Origin: Camelus dromedarius
Lineage: Eukaryota
Assembly (NCBI RefSeq): GCF_036321535.1
Contig: NC_087436.1
Span: forward strand, 114,082,001-114,146,000
DNA length: 64,000 nucleotides
Direction: 5' to 3'
Of this stretch, positions 1 through 10,929 are shown one piece after another; position 1 is the first letter of the stretch, and each line of letters opens with the position of its first letter. Below the pieces are notes generated by a model. It ran no database searches and had not been told where the DNA came from. It saw nothing but the letters and a program-made list of their open reading frames with translations. The translations under genes and the position numbers were made by a program.

Positions 1-140
1 ATGGACCAGCAGCAGCGGCAACATCATTTGGGAGCATGTTAGACATGCAGATTCTCAGACCCCATCTCACACTGCTGAATTGGAAACCCTAAGGGTTTAG
101 TAATCTGTATCTAACAAGCTAATGCTTGAGATCCACTGCT
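1..140. mobile_element. MER5A-like hAT-Charlie DNA transposon remnant (truncated by window start)
   Basis: Motifs 'ggaccagcagca..catcatttgggagcatgttagacatgcagattctcagacccc..ctgaattggaaac..aatctgtat.taacaagc..ttgagatccactgc' follow the MER5A pattern; recognised by eye. Confidence 0.7.
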
Positions 141-789
141 GTAAACAGCTGATGCCCCAAATCCAGATGCAGAGACCAGATCAGTGAGGATTTCAAAGGC
201 AATTATTAAGACTTTATAGAGACAAAGCAGGGGAACAGCTCTGTGTGATACCCACGTCATGTTCCTAGTACCCACCCTCCAGGAGCCATTTCAAATGAAT
301 CCTCAAATTTAATTAGGAAAAGTGAAGGTTTCTGGGGTTTAGCAAATGTAGCACAAATTTGATCAATCACAAGGGTGTGCACAGGAACACTGCAGAGACA
401 ATGTCCTACAGGTCACGCTGATTCAGTTTTTACCTGATAATTTGCCTCAACATTCTAAAGCTCAGAAATTGATCATAGTGTGAGAACATGAGACAGACCC
501 AGACTGGTGGAGCAGCTCCACCTTGGACTAGCTGTGAGATCTGGTGTATTTTAACCTCTGAACTTCACTTTTTTCATAAAGCTCATAATACTGAACATTT
601 GAATTTACTGTGAGAAAAGCAGGACAATGTGTATTATACTTAGTGGAGTGTTTGAGATGTCATAATAACTCAATAAGTGATATCCTAAAAGCTCATTGCT
701 GTATCTTTTTTGTTGAGATTTGTGATTGATGGCACCTGTTCTGGGTGCCACACTGAAGTTATAGGGAGTAATTATAATAGGTGAAGGGG

Positions 790-1330
790 AGGTGTAGAAA
801 AATGGTAGGAAATGCAGTCTGGGAGAGAAGGGCCACAGAAAAGGCTTCAAAGAGCAGGATGCTTGAGATACATCTTGACAAATGAGTAGGAGAGAGAAGA
901 GGCGAGAGGAAAGGTGACTCAGAGCTGAAGGTGCAGGACGGAGGTGGGCACAAGGGCTGAGCGCTGCCTTTTTGGGAATGTTCATGGAGTGCAGGTCCCC
1001 TGAGGAGTAGGATTCATGCCAAAGGGGGGATGAGATGAGACTAATCACTAAGCCAAGGACCTTGTCATGAAGATGGTACTTGGCCGAACTAAGACACCAG
1101 ACACATTTGAAAAAAATGGGAATAGATTGGTGGGTTTTCAGCAGGGAAATGAGATCTGTTTTAAATTCCCTCCTCAAACTAAAAGGAGGAGAATGTAATA
1201 AAATGGAAAAGAACTTTGGAATCAAGGGATTTGTTTGGAGCTTGTTAGCATAAATCCAAAAAGCAAAGATGAAGGCCTGGGTGAGGGCTTTGGAGGAGAG
1301 TGAGAGAGCATTTTGAGAGATTGTGAAGAA
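790..1330 (-). mobile_element. L2 LINE fragment (ancient)
   Basis: Purine-rich antisense-L2-like text ('gaaaaggcttc..gagcaggatgcttgagatacatcttgacaaatgagtaggag', 'ggttttcagcagggaaatgagat'); boundaries approximate. Confidence 0.5.
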
Positions 1331-1599
1331 AAAGAATGTTTCAGTAGCTATCAGGAATTTCATGATCAAGACTCCCCAAATTAAGAAAAAAAGAGTATAT
1401 GTAATAGACTTTGAGCACATCTTATGTGACTAGCAATGGGTCAGGAACAATGGGACCTGGTTCCTGAGTTTGAGACCTTACAGCATCACTAGACGAACAA
1501 GCCACATGTACTGGACACTGAGCATGCTGAGGGCCATAGGTGATGCATACTGGAGCAGATGGTAGACACCCAAGAAAAGGAAAGTCTTGGAAAAAACCA

Positions 1600-1740
1600 C
1601 ACTGGACCCAAAACCCAGAATCCCAGGATCTAGTGCTAACTCTGTCATTGTCTTGAGGGATAGTGACCTTGAGCAAGTCACTGACTCTTTCTGGCCTTAA
1701 TTTCCTCCCCTATATAAATGATGAAACTAGAATTGAAGAT
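1600..1740 (+). mobile_element. MIR SINE fragment
   Basis: MIR core-like 'gtgaccttgagcaagtcactgactctttctggccttaatttcctcccctatataaatg'. Confidence 0.6.
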
Positions 1741-1982
1741 ATATGGAAATGACCCAATGCCACGCACCTCTAAACACAGTCTATGCCTGCAAGCTGGCAC
1801 ACTGAAATTTGGTGGATAAGCAGGGTGCATCTTCCTAGAAAAGCTTTTTTATTTTTCTGATAATGAGTAATTCAAACATTACCATCCTATTAAAATAAAC
1901 ATATGCTTTATCATAAAATGCAAATATGCATATATTTTAAGGATAAAACACAAAGTTTCAAAGACACATCTGGCTTACAAGG

Positions 1983-2516
1983 TGTCACAGGCAGAATTCT
2001 AAGATGGTCTCAGTGATCTCCACCTCCCAGTATTTATGTCCCTGTGTAATCTCTTCCCCTTGAAGTATGCTTGACCTAGTCACTTTCTTCTAAAGAATAG
2101 AATACAGCAAAATGATGGGATAACATTTCTGAAATTAGGTTATGAGAGACTGTGACTTCCCTTCTCTGTCTCCCTGTCTATCTCTCCTCACTTAATCAGT
2201 CTGATGAAGCCAGTGGCCATGCTGTCAGCTGTTCTACTGAGATGTTCACATGGCAAGGAAGGATCAGCAAGGAGCTGAGGTCCTCAGTCATATCACCTAC
2301 AAGGAACAGACTTCTGCTGACAACTGGTCAAGTGAACTTGGGTGTGTATCCTTCCACATTTGAGTATTGTCATGGTTAAAACTCCAGTTGACTCATTAAT
2401 TGTAGACACCAGATGACCCTAGCCAAGCTCTTTCTGGATCCCAGCTACACAGGAACTACGAGATAATAAAGGTTTGTTATTGGTGTCATTTGTTATAAAG
2501 CAGTGAGTAACTAACA
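1983..2516 (+). mobile_element. MaLR solo LTR (MLT1E/F/G-like)
   Basis: Starts 'tgtcacaggcagaattctaagatggtc', contains 'aatagaatacagcaaa' and 'gatgaagccagtggccatg', ends 'aataaaggtttg..atttgttataaagcagtgagtaactaaca' (TG...CA). Confidence 0.8.
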
Positions 2517-3582
2517 GGCAAAGGATAACTTGGAGCTGTGATCAGAGATACCCACTGAAGTAGTCTCTCCTTTGCCTCTGCCTTTAGGAGCACTTGGTAG
2601 AAAAATTAGTGACACACTTTTAAGAAGAGCAAACTTAATGAAGTGGGGGCAGGCAGAGGGGTGCTCCGTTGTAAGCCTAAATTTACAGATTTCAGATCTC
2701 GACAATGCAAACTTCTCTGAGTCTGAGGAATGTAAAGGAGCTTAGCTTTTTGCCCAAGATTTCCTGGCTGATTAATGATGAGCTGAAACAAGATCCAAGT
2801 CTTCTGATACCCATGTAGTCTTCTACCAAGGCTCTGAGCCCTAATATATGTGAGTTTATGTAATTATATATGATTATACTAGTTATTAATGTTCCTTGTG
2901 ATACATACATGAAATTATAGTCATTATCCTTACTGAATCCACAAATTATTTTCTAGACATTTACTTGCTTATTTATTAGTTTAAGGCATCTGAATGCAAG
3001 ATTGTTTCTTTTTCTTTTCTTTTCTTTTCTTTTTTCCTATTTGTATTCAGCGACTCCTAAAGGACACTATCAAGAATCTTTGGACAATGATCACAGAATA
3101 TTGAATTGAAAACATCTCCCAAAGCCCCAAGACATATTTCAGTACTCACCTCCAGACACCATTGTTGCATGACTGCCTAAGATAATGCTAGCCCTATTTT
3201 ATAATTCAACTTTACTTCAGGACAGAGAGAGTGAAGCAGAACATCATAAACCCAGCCAGTGGAATATTCTTCCACCCTAAGGACAAGCTGTAGAGAAATT
3301 ATATGGTAAATGTGGATAGATAGCTCTTGCTTTTAAAGAAGAGTGAGCTCTTGGAAAAGCCAATGCAACCCTCACAGTGATTATAATTGCCATGGATATC
3401 CAGAGAGCAGGGGGCAGAGCTACAGTTGTCTTTACTTCTACTGTGGCTGCTGCTTCTATTTTTGTTGTTATGTTTCTGTTTTTGTTGCTGTTCTTTTAAT
3501 GGCCCTTTGCACTTGGCAGGTGTCCTGTAACCACCTTGGAATGACTCAAGAATGAGGAACCCAGTGCTATTTACCGATATGT

Positions 3583-4083
3583 TGTAGTTGTCAGGATAAT
3601 CTAGAGTATGGTACAGTAACAAATAATCCCCCAATCCCAATGGGTTAAAACAACAGAAATGTATTTCTGGTTCACATAAATGCTCACCATGGCTTAGCTG
3701 GAGGCTGCTCTAGGTTGTTCTCTCTCCAGAGCTCAGGCCATCAGAGCAGTCCTCTCAAAACCATTGCAGATTACAGTGGCAAAGGGAAGGAGACATAGCA
3801 ATTATGAACTGGTTCTAACGTGTTTTCCCAGAAGTGAGACACTAACATTTCATTGGCCAAAACAAGCCACACAGTCAAGCCTAACTGCAAGGGGCAAGAA
3901 AAGTGCAATTGTAGCACATGCTCAGGAGGAAGAGAACTACAATACTTAGAGGCATCTGAAAATCTACCAGGTATATACCCAAAAGTTAAGGTTATATTAG
4001 ACATTTAGGAGCTGGAAGTATAGGGGAGGAGACTAGACAAGGGTGAGGGTCATTGGGATCATCTTAAAATTCTGCCTGACACA
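3583..4083 (-). mobile_element. MaLR LTR remnant(s) (MLT1J/K/L-like, possibly two fragments)
   Basis: 'cagtaacaaataatccccca..ggttaaaacaacagaaatgtatttctggttcac' is an antisense MLT1 3' end; 'catcttaaaattctgcctgacaca' (about 4060-4083) is an antisense MLT1 5' end. Confidence 0.6.
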
Positions 4084-4329
4084 GCTAACAAAGAACCACA
4101 GATCAAGAAAGGTCAATTATACAGCTCTCACCAGCTATATATCACTTGCTTAAAATGTCTAACCTATAGGATAGTGCCTGTCAAATGAAAGAATAAATGA
4201 GTCCCTGAGGACTCCAGATCATCTTCTATGTGAATAGCACTACCACTACCAGGCACTAACATCATTGATATCTTGATTATCTGAAAATCCTAGCAACCAA
4301 ACAAATATTTCTCTGTTACTTGCCCACCA

Positions 4330-4474
4330 TGTAGTATAATGCATGGGCATAAAAGTTTTGGCACCAAATGGCCCAGGTTCAAATCCCACCTTTCCCTTTT
4401 ACTACCTTGTCATGCTGCTCAAAATCATGTAAACTCACTCGAGCTAAACCTTTTTCTAAGGATAATAATAACTG
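4330..4474 (+). mobile_element. MIR SINE, 5' part (interrupted by L1 insertions)
   Basis: 'ggcccaggttcaaatcccacc..tttactacc..gataataataactg'; continues at 8661. Ends in target-site sequence aataataactg (4464-4474). Confidence 0.7.
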
Positions 4475-5780
4475 CTTCAGCTGTATAGCTTCTTGTAAAT
4501 CAATGAAGTTACAACACTCCCTCACACCATACACAAAAATGAACTCAAAATGGCTTAAAGACTTAAATAAAGACATGATACCATAAAACCCCTAGAAGAG
4601 AACATAGGCAAAACATTTTCTGACATAAATCATCTCATCAGTTTCATAGGTCAGTTTCCCAAGGCAATAGAAATACAAGCAAAAATAAACAAATGGGACC
4701 TAATCAAACGTATAAGCTGTAGCACAGCAAAGGACACTATAAACAAATTGAAAACACAATCTATGGACTGGAAAAAAATATTTGCAAACCGTGAGATTGA
4801 CAAGGGCTTAATTTCCAAAATATAGAAACAGCTTATACAACTTAATAACAAAAAACCAACAATCCAATCAAAAAATGGGCAGAAGACCTAAATAGACATT
4901 TCTCCAAAGAAGATACACAGATGGCCAATAGGCACATGAAAAGAGTCTCACTTTTGCTAGTTATTAGAGAAATGCAAATCAAATTACAATACGGTACCAT
5001 CTCACCCTGGTTAGAATAGCCAACATTAAGAAGTCTATAAATAACAAATTCTGGAAAGGCTGTGGGAAAAAAAGGAAACCATTCTACACTGTTGGTAGGA
5101 ATGTAAATTGTGCAGCCACTATGGAAAACAGTATGGAAATTCCTTAAAAAACTAAAAATAGAATTGCCACATGATCCAGCAATCCCACTCCTAGGCACAT
5201 ATCCAGAGAAAACTCTAATTCAAAAAATACATGAACCCCAAAGTTCATAGCAGCATTACTTACAATAGCCAAGACATGGAAGCAAGCTAAATGTCTATTG
5301 ACAGCTGACTGGATAAAAAAGATGCAGTATTTATATACAATGGTATACTATTCATCCATAAAAAGAATGAAATAATGCCATTTGCAGCAACATGGATGGA
5401 CCTAGAGATTATCATACTAAGTAAAGTAAGTCAGAAAGAGAAAGACAAATACCATATGATATCACTTATATGTGGAATCTAAAATATGACACAAATGAAT
5501 TTATTTACAAAAGAGAAACTCACAGACATAGAAAACAAGCTTACAGCTACCAAAGGAAAAAGGCTGGGAAGGGATGAACTAGGAGTTTTGGATTAGTAGA
5601 TACAAACTACTATATATAAAATAGATAAACAACAAAGTCCTACTGTATAGCACAGGGAACTATATCCAATATCCTGGAATAAATCATAATGGAAACAAAT
5701 ATGAAAAAGAATATATTTATATATATTTGCTGTACACCAGAAACTAACACATTGTAAATCAACCATAATTCAATAAAAGT
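4475..5780 (+). mobile_element. 5'-truncated L1 (ORF2 C-terminal portion + 3' UTR), decayed
   Basis: Translates to L1 ORF2 peptide [24 protein letters not shown]. Contains 'aaaaatgggcagaagacctaaatagacatttctccaaagaagatacacagatggcc' and a 3' UTR with 'tactgtatagcacagggaactatat'; AATAAA at 5772-5777; reading frame broken. Confidence 0.95.
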
Positions 5781-5792
5781 AATAATAATAAT

Positions 5793-6929
5793 GGAGAGAA
5801 GCAAGATGGTGGAGTAGAGGACACTCATAACTCACCCTCTCCCACAAATACACCAAAACTCACATCTACGGACCTACTCAGCTAACCAGAGCACCTGCAG
5901 AACTCCACCAGAACATTGCCCTCTTTGAAGGCCAAAGATGCCGAAAATCTGATAGGAGAAAAGGAAAAAAGAAAGAAAAAAAAAAGCAAAACAGTGCAGG
6001 ATTGGTCCCGTGGGGAGGGAGCGGCAAAGGAGGACTAGTGCTCATTTGCTGGGTCTCCCCCCTCCAACTGAGAGACCAGTGGGACAGAGGGGGAGTCTTC
6101 AAGGCTCAGATCTGCCCCCGAGCACCCCTTGGCCTACAGAACTAAGTTAAATGGGCACAAAGGGTTCCCACGACACCCAGCCTGAGATGCAAGCTGGCAG
6201 CTGGGGGCCGGGACAGGCTGCCCAAGCCAGGCAGATGACCAGGACAGCCACACTGAGGCAGCCCCGGGGGACTGCAGAGTGCTGCATGCCATGGCTGGGA
6301 GGGGATATGGAGCAGAACCACCTCGGTCCCCCATAAATTGCAACAAAAGCAAAGCAACACTGCTGGTGTTCCCTGGGGGGGGGGAGGCGGCGCCATAGCC
6401 TTTGTCTCCTCAGACCCATGGCGCCATTACTGGTGCTTCTTACAAGAAGAGAGGCAGGGTGCAGTGACAGCTGCCATCTCCTCCTGTGCGCAGCGCCTGG
6501 GTGGGGGCAGGGCTGAGACCTGAATCCACACCCAGGGGCTCTGCAACTTCCTAGACAGGACTGAGACTTGTTTACAGCCCGAGGCAGATAGAATCTTTCT
6601 GCCCTGGCACCTCAGAGAACTAGCGCCACCAAGACAAACAAGCAGCTGACATTTGGCACAGAGCAGGGGCGGGGCTGTTCCATGGTCTTCCCGGAGCCTG
6701 CCTATGGAGCACCAACCAAGGTGGAGCAGGCAGCTGCACAGAGCAGCAGAGTAACCAGCACCAGGAGAGGGTGGGCAGCCAACCGGCTTCCTTGCAGGAA
6801 TGCAGCACCTGACTACGGTGCTTGGAGGGGGTGAGATCCGCCCACCTTCCTCGCCCGAGTGCAGCATTTGACTGCAGCATCAGGAGGGGGAGTGCCCTGC
6901 CCACCCATCAGCCACAGTGCCAGAGAGAT
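5793..6929 (+). promoter_or_regulatory. L1 5' UTR / internal Pol II promoter of the deleted element
   Basis: YY1-type 'caagatggtgg' (CpG-decayed CAAGATGGCGG) at the 5' end; GC-rich; further GCCAT/ATGGCG motifs at about 6390-6430; G10 run at 6375-6384. Activity is not demonstrable from sequence. Confidence 0.7.
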
Positions 6930-7832
6930 ATGAGCAATATGAAGAAGCAGAGTAACCACTCCCAATTAAAAGATCAAGAGAAATCCCCTGAAAGCACGAT
7001 CAAGGAAATAGACATTGATGGCCTACTAGATCAAGATTTCAAAAAAGGACTGATCAAAGTACTGAAGGAACTAAAAGAAATAGTGTTTAGAGATATAAAA
7101 TATGTCAAAAATGAAATAGAAGCTATAAAGAAGAACCAAGTAGAATTAGTAAACTCATTTGCTGAGATGAGAGCTGATCTAAAGGCTGTGCAAAGCAGAC
7201 TAGGTAATGCAGAGGAACGAATAAGTGACTTAGAAGACAGGACAACAGAAAGCACCCAATCAGAACAGCTGAGAGAAAAACAAATAAAAAACAATGAAAA
7301 CAATATAAGGGACCTATGGGATAATATAAAGTGTGCCAATCTACACATAATAGGGGTTCCACAAGGGGAAGAAAGAACAAAGGGGATTGAAAAGGTAGCT
7401 GAAGAAATCATGACTGAAAACTTCCCAAACCTAAAGAAGGAATCAGATATCCAAGTACAGGAGGCTCAGAGGGTCCCAAACAGGAAGAACCCAAATAGAC
7501 CCACACCAAGATATATCATCATCAAGATGGCCAGACTCAAGGATAAAGAAATGATCCTAAAGGCAGCAAGAGAAAAACAAAGAGTGAGTTACAAGGGAAC
7601 CCCCATAAGGCTTTCAGCTGATTTCTCTACACAAACACTACAGGCCAGAAGGGAGTGGCAAGATATATTCAAAGTCCTGAATTAAAAAAAGACGCAGCCT
7701 AGGATACTCAATCCAGCAAGGCTATCCTTTAGAATAGAAGGAGAGATAAAGAACTTTACAGACAAGCAAAAATGTAAAGAGTTTAGCAACACTAAACCCA
7801 TGCTAAAAGAAATATTGACAGGTCTACTCTAA
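6930..7832 (+). pseudogene. L1 ORF1p (coiled-coil/RRM/CTD RNA-binding protein), 300 codons with one premature TAA at 7683-7685
   Basis: ATG at 6930 (MSNMKKQ...). Hallmark ORF1p motifs LWDNIKCANLHIIGVPQGEE, ENFPNL, QEAQRVP, PTPRYIIIKM, ILKAAREKQRVSYKGTPIRLSADFS..ARREW. Reading through the TAA gives in-frame KKTQPRILNPARLSFRIEGEIKNFTDKQKCKEFSNTKPMLKEILTGLL* ending at 7832. Confidence 0.95.
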
Positions 7833-7975
7833 ATAGGAAAGAAGCAAGATACTACAAAAATGAGAACCTCATAACTGGAAAGGTGATAACTACCATGAAT
7901 TACAAATAGAATAAACACAAAATTGTAAAAGAAGACATCTAAATCATTAAGAGTGGGAGAGGGAAGCAAGGAAAA

Positions 7976-8344
7976 CCACTGTGGAAAACAGTATGGAGAT
8001 TCCTCAAAAGACTAGGAATAGACTTACCATATGACCCAGGAATCCTGCTCCTGGGCATATATCAAGAAGGAACCCTACTTCAGGATGACACCTGCACCCC
8101 AATGTTCATAGCAGTATTATTTACAATAGCCAAGACATGGAAACAGCCTAAATGTCCATCAACAGATGACTGGATAAAGAAGATGTGGTATATTTATACG
8201 ATGGAATACTACTCAGCCATAAAAACCGACAACATAACACCATTTGCAGCAACATGGATGCTCCTGGAGAATGTCATTCTAAATGAAGTAAGCCAGAAAA
8301 AGAAAGAAAAATACCATATGAGATTGCTCATATGTGGAATCTAA
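7976..8344 (+). pseudogene. Residual C-terminal 122 codons of L1 ORF2 (no endonuclease, RT or CCHC)
   Basis: Open frame PLWKTVWRFLKRLGIDLPYDPGILLLGIYQEG...[45 protein letters not shown]...ICGI*. Confidence 0.93.
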
Positions 8345-8660
8345 AAAAAAAAAAAAAAAGCATAAATACAAAACAGAAATAGACTCACAGACATAGAATA
8401 CAAACTTGTGGTTGCCAAGGGGGCAGGGGGTGGGAAGAGATAGACTGGGATTTCAAAACTGTAGAATAGATAAACAAGATTATGCTGTATAGCACAGGGA
8501 AATATATACAAGATTATGTGGTAGCTCACAGTGAAAAAAAAATGTAAATATATACTTGTTCATGTATAACTGAAAAATTGTGCTCTACACTGGAATTTGA
8601 CATAACATTGTAAAATGACTATTACTCAATAAAAAAATGTTGAAAAAACAAAACAAAACA

Positions 8661-8770
8661 AATAATAACTGTCTCATAGAATTTTCTCACGGATTAACTA
8701 GGATGTTGTAAAGCATGCTCCTAGGCACACACTCAGTGTTCAACAAATACTAGTTACTATTATTATTATC
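8661..8770 (+). mobile_element. MIR SINE, 3' part
   Basis: 'aataataactgtctcatagaatt..ggattaactagga..tgtaaagcatg..ggcacac..caacaaatactagttactattattatt' is a MIR 3' end, continuous with 4330-4474 once the L1s are removed. Confidence 0.75.
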
Positions 8771-10254
8771 ACTTCCACATATTCCTTTATGCCATCAGTA
8801 TCTTATCTTCCACCTCTTTTCTCTTTTTTCTCTTTTTACTTTTCTCCTCTTTTGGAAGCAGCCAGAAGCCTATTACATTTGCCAAAGTGTTGATAATAAC
8901 AAGCAAACAAACAAAAAACCCTTAGCTAACATACTCTTCCAAGAGGTGATATGATTAATCAGTGTTCCCTCCTTGCCACCCCCTGCCTAGACCTGGACCT
9001 GGACCACAGGACAGAAAGTTAAAGGAGTTTAAAACAAGGGGTCTGAGTATCCTTTTTCCCCCCTTTGTTTGAATACAGTGATGTGGACAGGAAAGTCCTA
9101 AATAGAGGCTAAAGGTCTAGAAAAGAAAAACACAGATGGTTTATTAGAAATTGCTTTTCCATTAACGATCTGTGTGACCTTGGGCCTGTTGCATTTCACC
9201 ACTGCCAACCTGCCTACCCTCCCCTGCAAAAAGAAGAGCTTGACCCATGAGATCTGACTTCCCACACTGACATTCTGACATTTCTGATCCAACAACAGCA
9301 CCGTAATTAGCCGGAGCCTCCCGTGCAAGAATCAGGACACACTGTGCTGACGGCTGAAGCAAGCTCAGATCATTCATTTGGCCAGCAGAGAAAGATGGCG
9401 CCCCACGAGTTAAGACTGAGAGTCATGGAGCAGAAAGGCAGCAGAAATGGAAACTCATACCAATTCTTTATAGCCTGGTATATTGGATTTTTCAGTGGGC
9501 TTCCATTTGGGTTGTTAATATAAATTTCACAAAGAGTGCCATGGGTAGGTAGGATGGTAATTATCTACACTGGTGAAAGAGGATTGAGTTCAGGTTTTGT
9601 CCAGGTTGAGAGAACAGGACTAAAACCAGGTGTAGTGCTGTAAACAAGTTTAAAAGATTTCAGGTCAACAGTCCTAGATTTATGTCTTTGTCCTTCTGCT
9701 AGTTGACCTTGGAGCCTGACCAAATCCTCCACTCTGACCCTTACACTTTCTTGACCTGTAGAAGAGGAATAATAATACTAATAATGATTCAAATATCAGA
9801 GAGTGGTTTTGAAGGCCCACATCAAAACATGCATATGATTTCACTTCACAAACTCTAAAATGTGTGCTTAGCAGGTTGTGTTGAGTTGTCGGGCACCTGG
9901 ACTACATTCTAGCCACTCTCCCATGCATGATAATTCAGAGGTGTGCAAAATAATCAACATAATCTGTCTGGCAGATACACATTCCTGAGGCTATTTCTTC
10001 ATCTGCCCCTTTCTGTGTGTCATACCACCTGATCACATGTCCCCCTTTATTCTTCTTTCTAAATGTATTCCCATTTCTTAAAAGCTGTCATAAACTTCAA
10101 CCTCATCAAAGACTCTTGTGGTGATTAGGACTTCCCAAGTCAGCCACCAATCCCTGCTCTGGGCTCATAACTGCCTGGTCACCTGTCAACCTGGCTAGTT
10201 GGACAATGTGACACCACCTACCTTGTCCTTGTCAGGTCACAAGTGGCAGACAGA

Positions 10255-10470
10255 ACACGGAATTGAAAGGATTAAGTTGAAGTGCCAGCTCTTCTGCTAA
10301 CTAGCTGGATGATTTGTGGAAGATTCATTGAATCTACTAGAAGCACAGTTTCCTTGCCTGAAAAGTTGAGAAAACAATCCCTGTCCTCCAACCCCATAGA
10401 TTTCTGAACATCAAGAGTAGAGAAGTTGTAAAAGTGCCTTATTACCAGTTTAATACTAGACAGATAGTCC
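10255..10470 (+). mobile_element. MIR SINE fragment
   Basis: 'ccagctcttctgctaactagctggatgatttgtggaagattcattgaatctact..cagtttccttgcctgaaaagttgaga..gtaaaagtgcc'. Confidence 0.55.
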
Positions 10471-10929
10471 TTGTTATTTTGTTAGTTAAATATTGTAACT
10501 TTATTTAACTTTCTATTAAAGTGGCATCTGAAAACTCCCATCTGAAAATAGTCTGACTTCATGAATTTTCATGGTACATTTTTAAACACAGGTGAAAGAA
10601 AGAAATATTTTCTGGATACCTAATGAAAGCCAGGTGATGTGTTAAACTTACTTGTATTGTTTATCCCACTTTGTTCCTACAAAAGTCCTTCAAGGAAAAT
10701 ATTATTCTCCCCTAAATAAAGGTAAAGAAATCTCTCAGGTTTCTGGCCAGGTGGTGTGTACAATGTTGCTAGTGACAGATATGAAAGAGGAGAGGTGGAG
10801 GTACTTGCTGATACCTGTGGTTGGCTCTGTCCAGGAGGGAGGCAGAACTTCAGGTCTGCACACAAAAGGGGTCTTGCCTGTGCCCAGACACTTGTGGCTC
10901 ATCCATGATGAGGAAACTGAGGTTGGATG

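Larger units (their letters stand above)
5793..8660 (+). mobile_element. Internally deleted, 5'-intact L1 derivative (ORF1-only, HAL1-like), about 2.87 kb
   Basis: L1-type start 'ggagagaagcaagatggtggagtag', about 1.1-kb GC-rich 5' UTR, ORF1 6930-7832, 143-bp spacer, abrupt jump to the ORF2 C-terminus at 7976, 3' UTR, AATAAA 8628-8633, A-rich tail to 8660. Flanked by 'aataataa' on both sides. Confidence 0.92.

Noticed and set aside
605..1420. 271-aa minus-strand ORF
   Set aside because: Overlaps a decayed L2 region; Leu/Ser/Phe-rich composition reflects the pyrimidine-rich strand; no recognisable domain.
5878..6904. Multiple overlapping short ORFs in the L1 5' UTR (ORF0-like?)
   Set aside because: Expected in GC-rich, stop-poor sequence; no similarity to primate ORF0 recognised and no independent support.
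6822..6929. N-terminal 36-aa extension of the ORF1 track entry
   Set aside because: The track starts at a non-ATG codon (TTG) in the 5' UTR; the likely start is ATG 6930 (or 6939).
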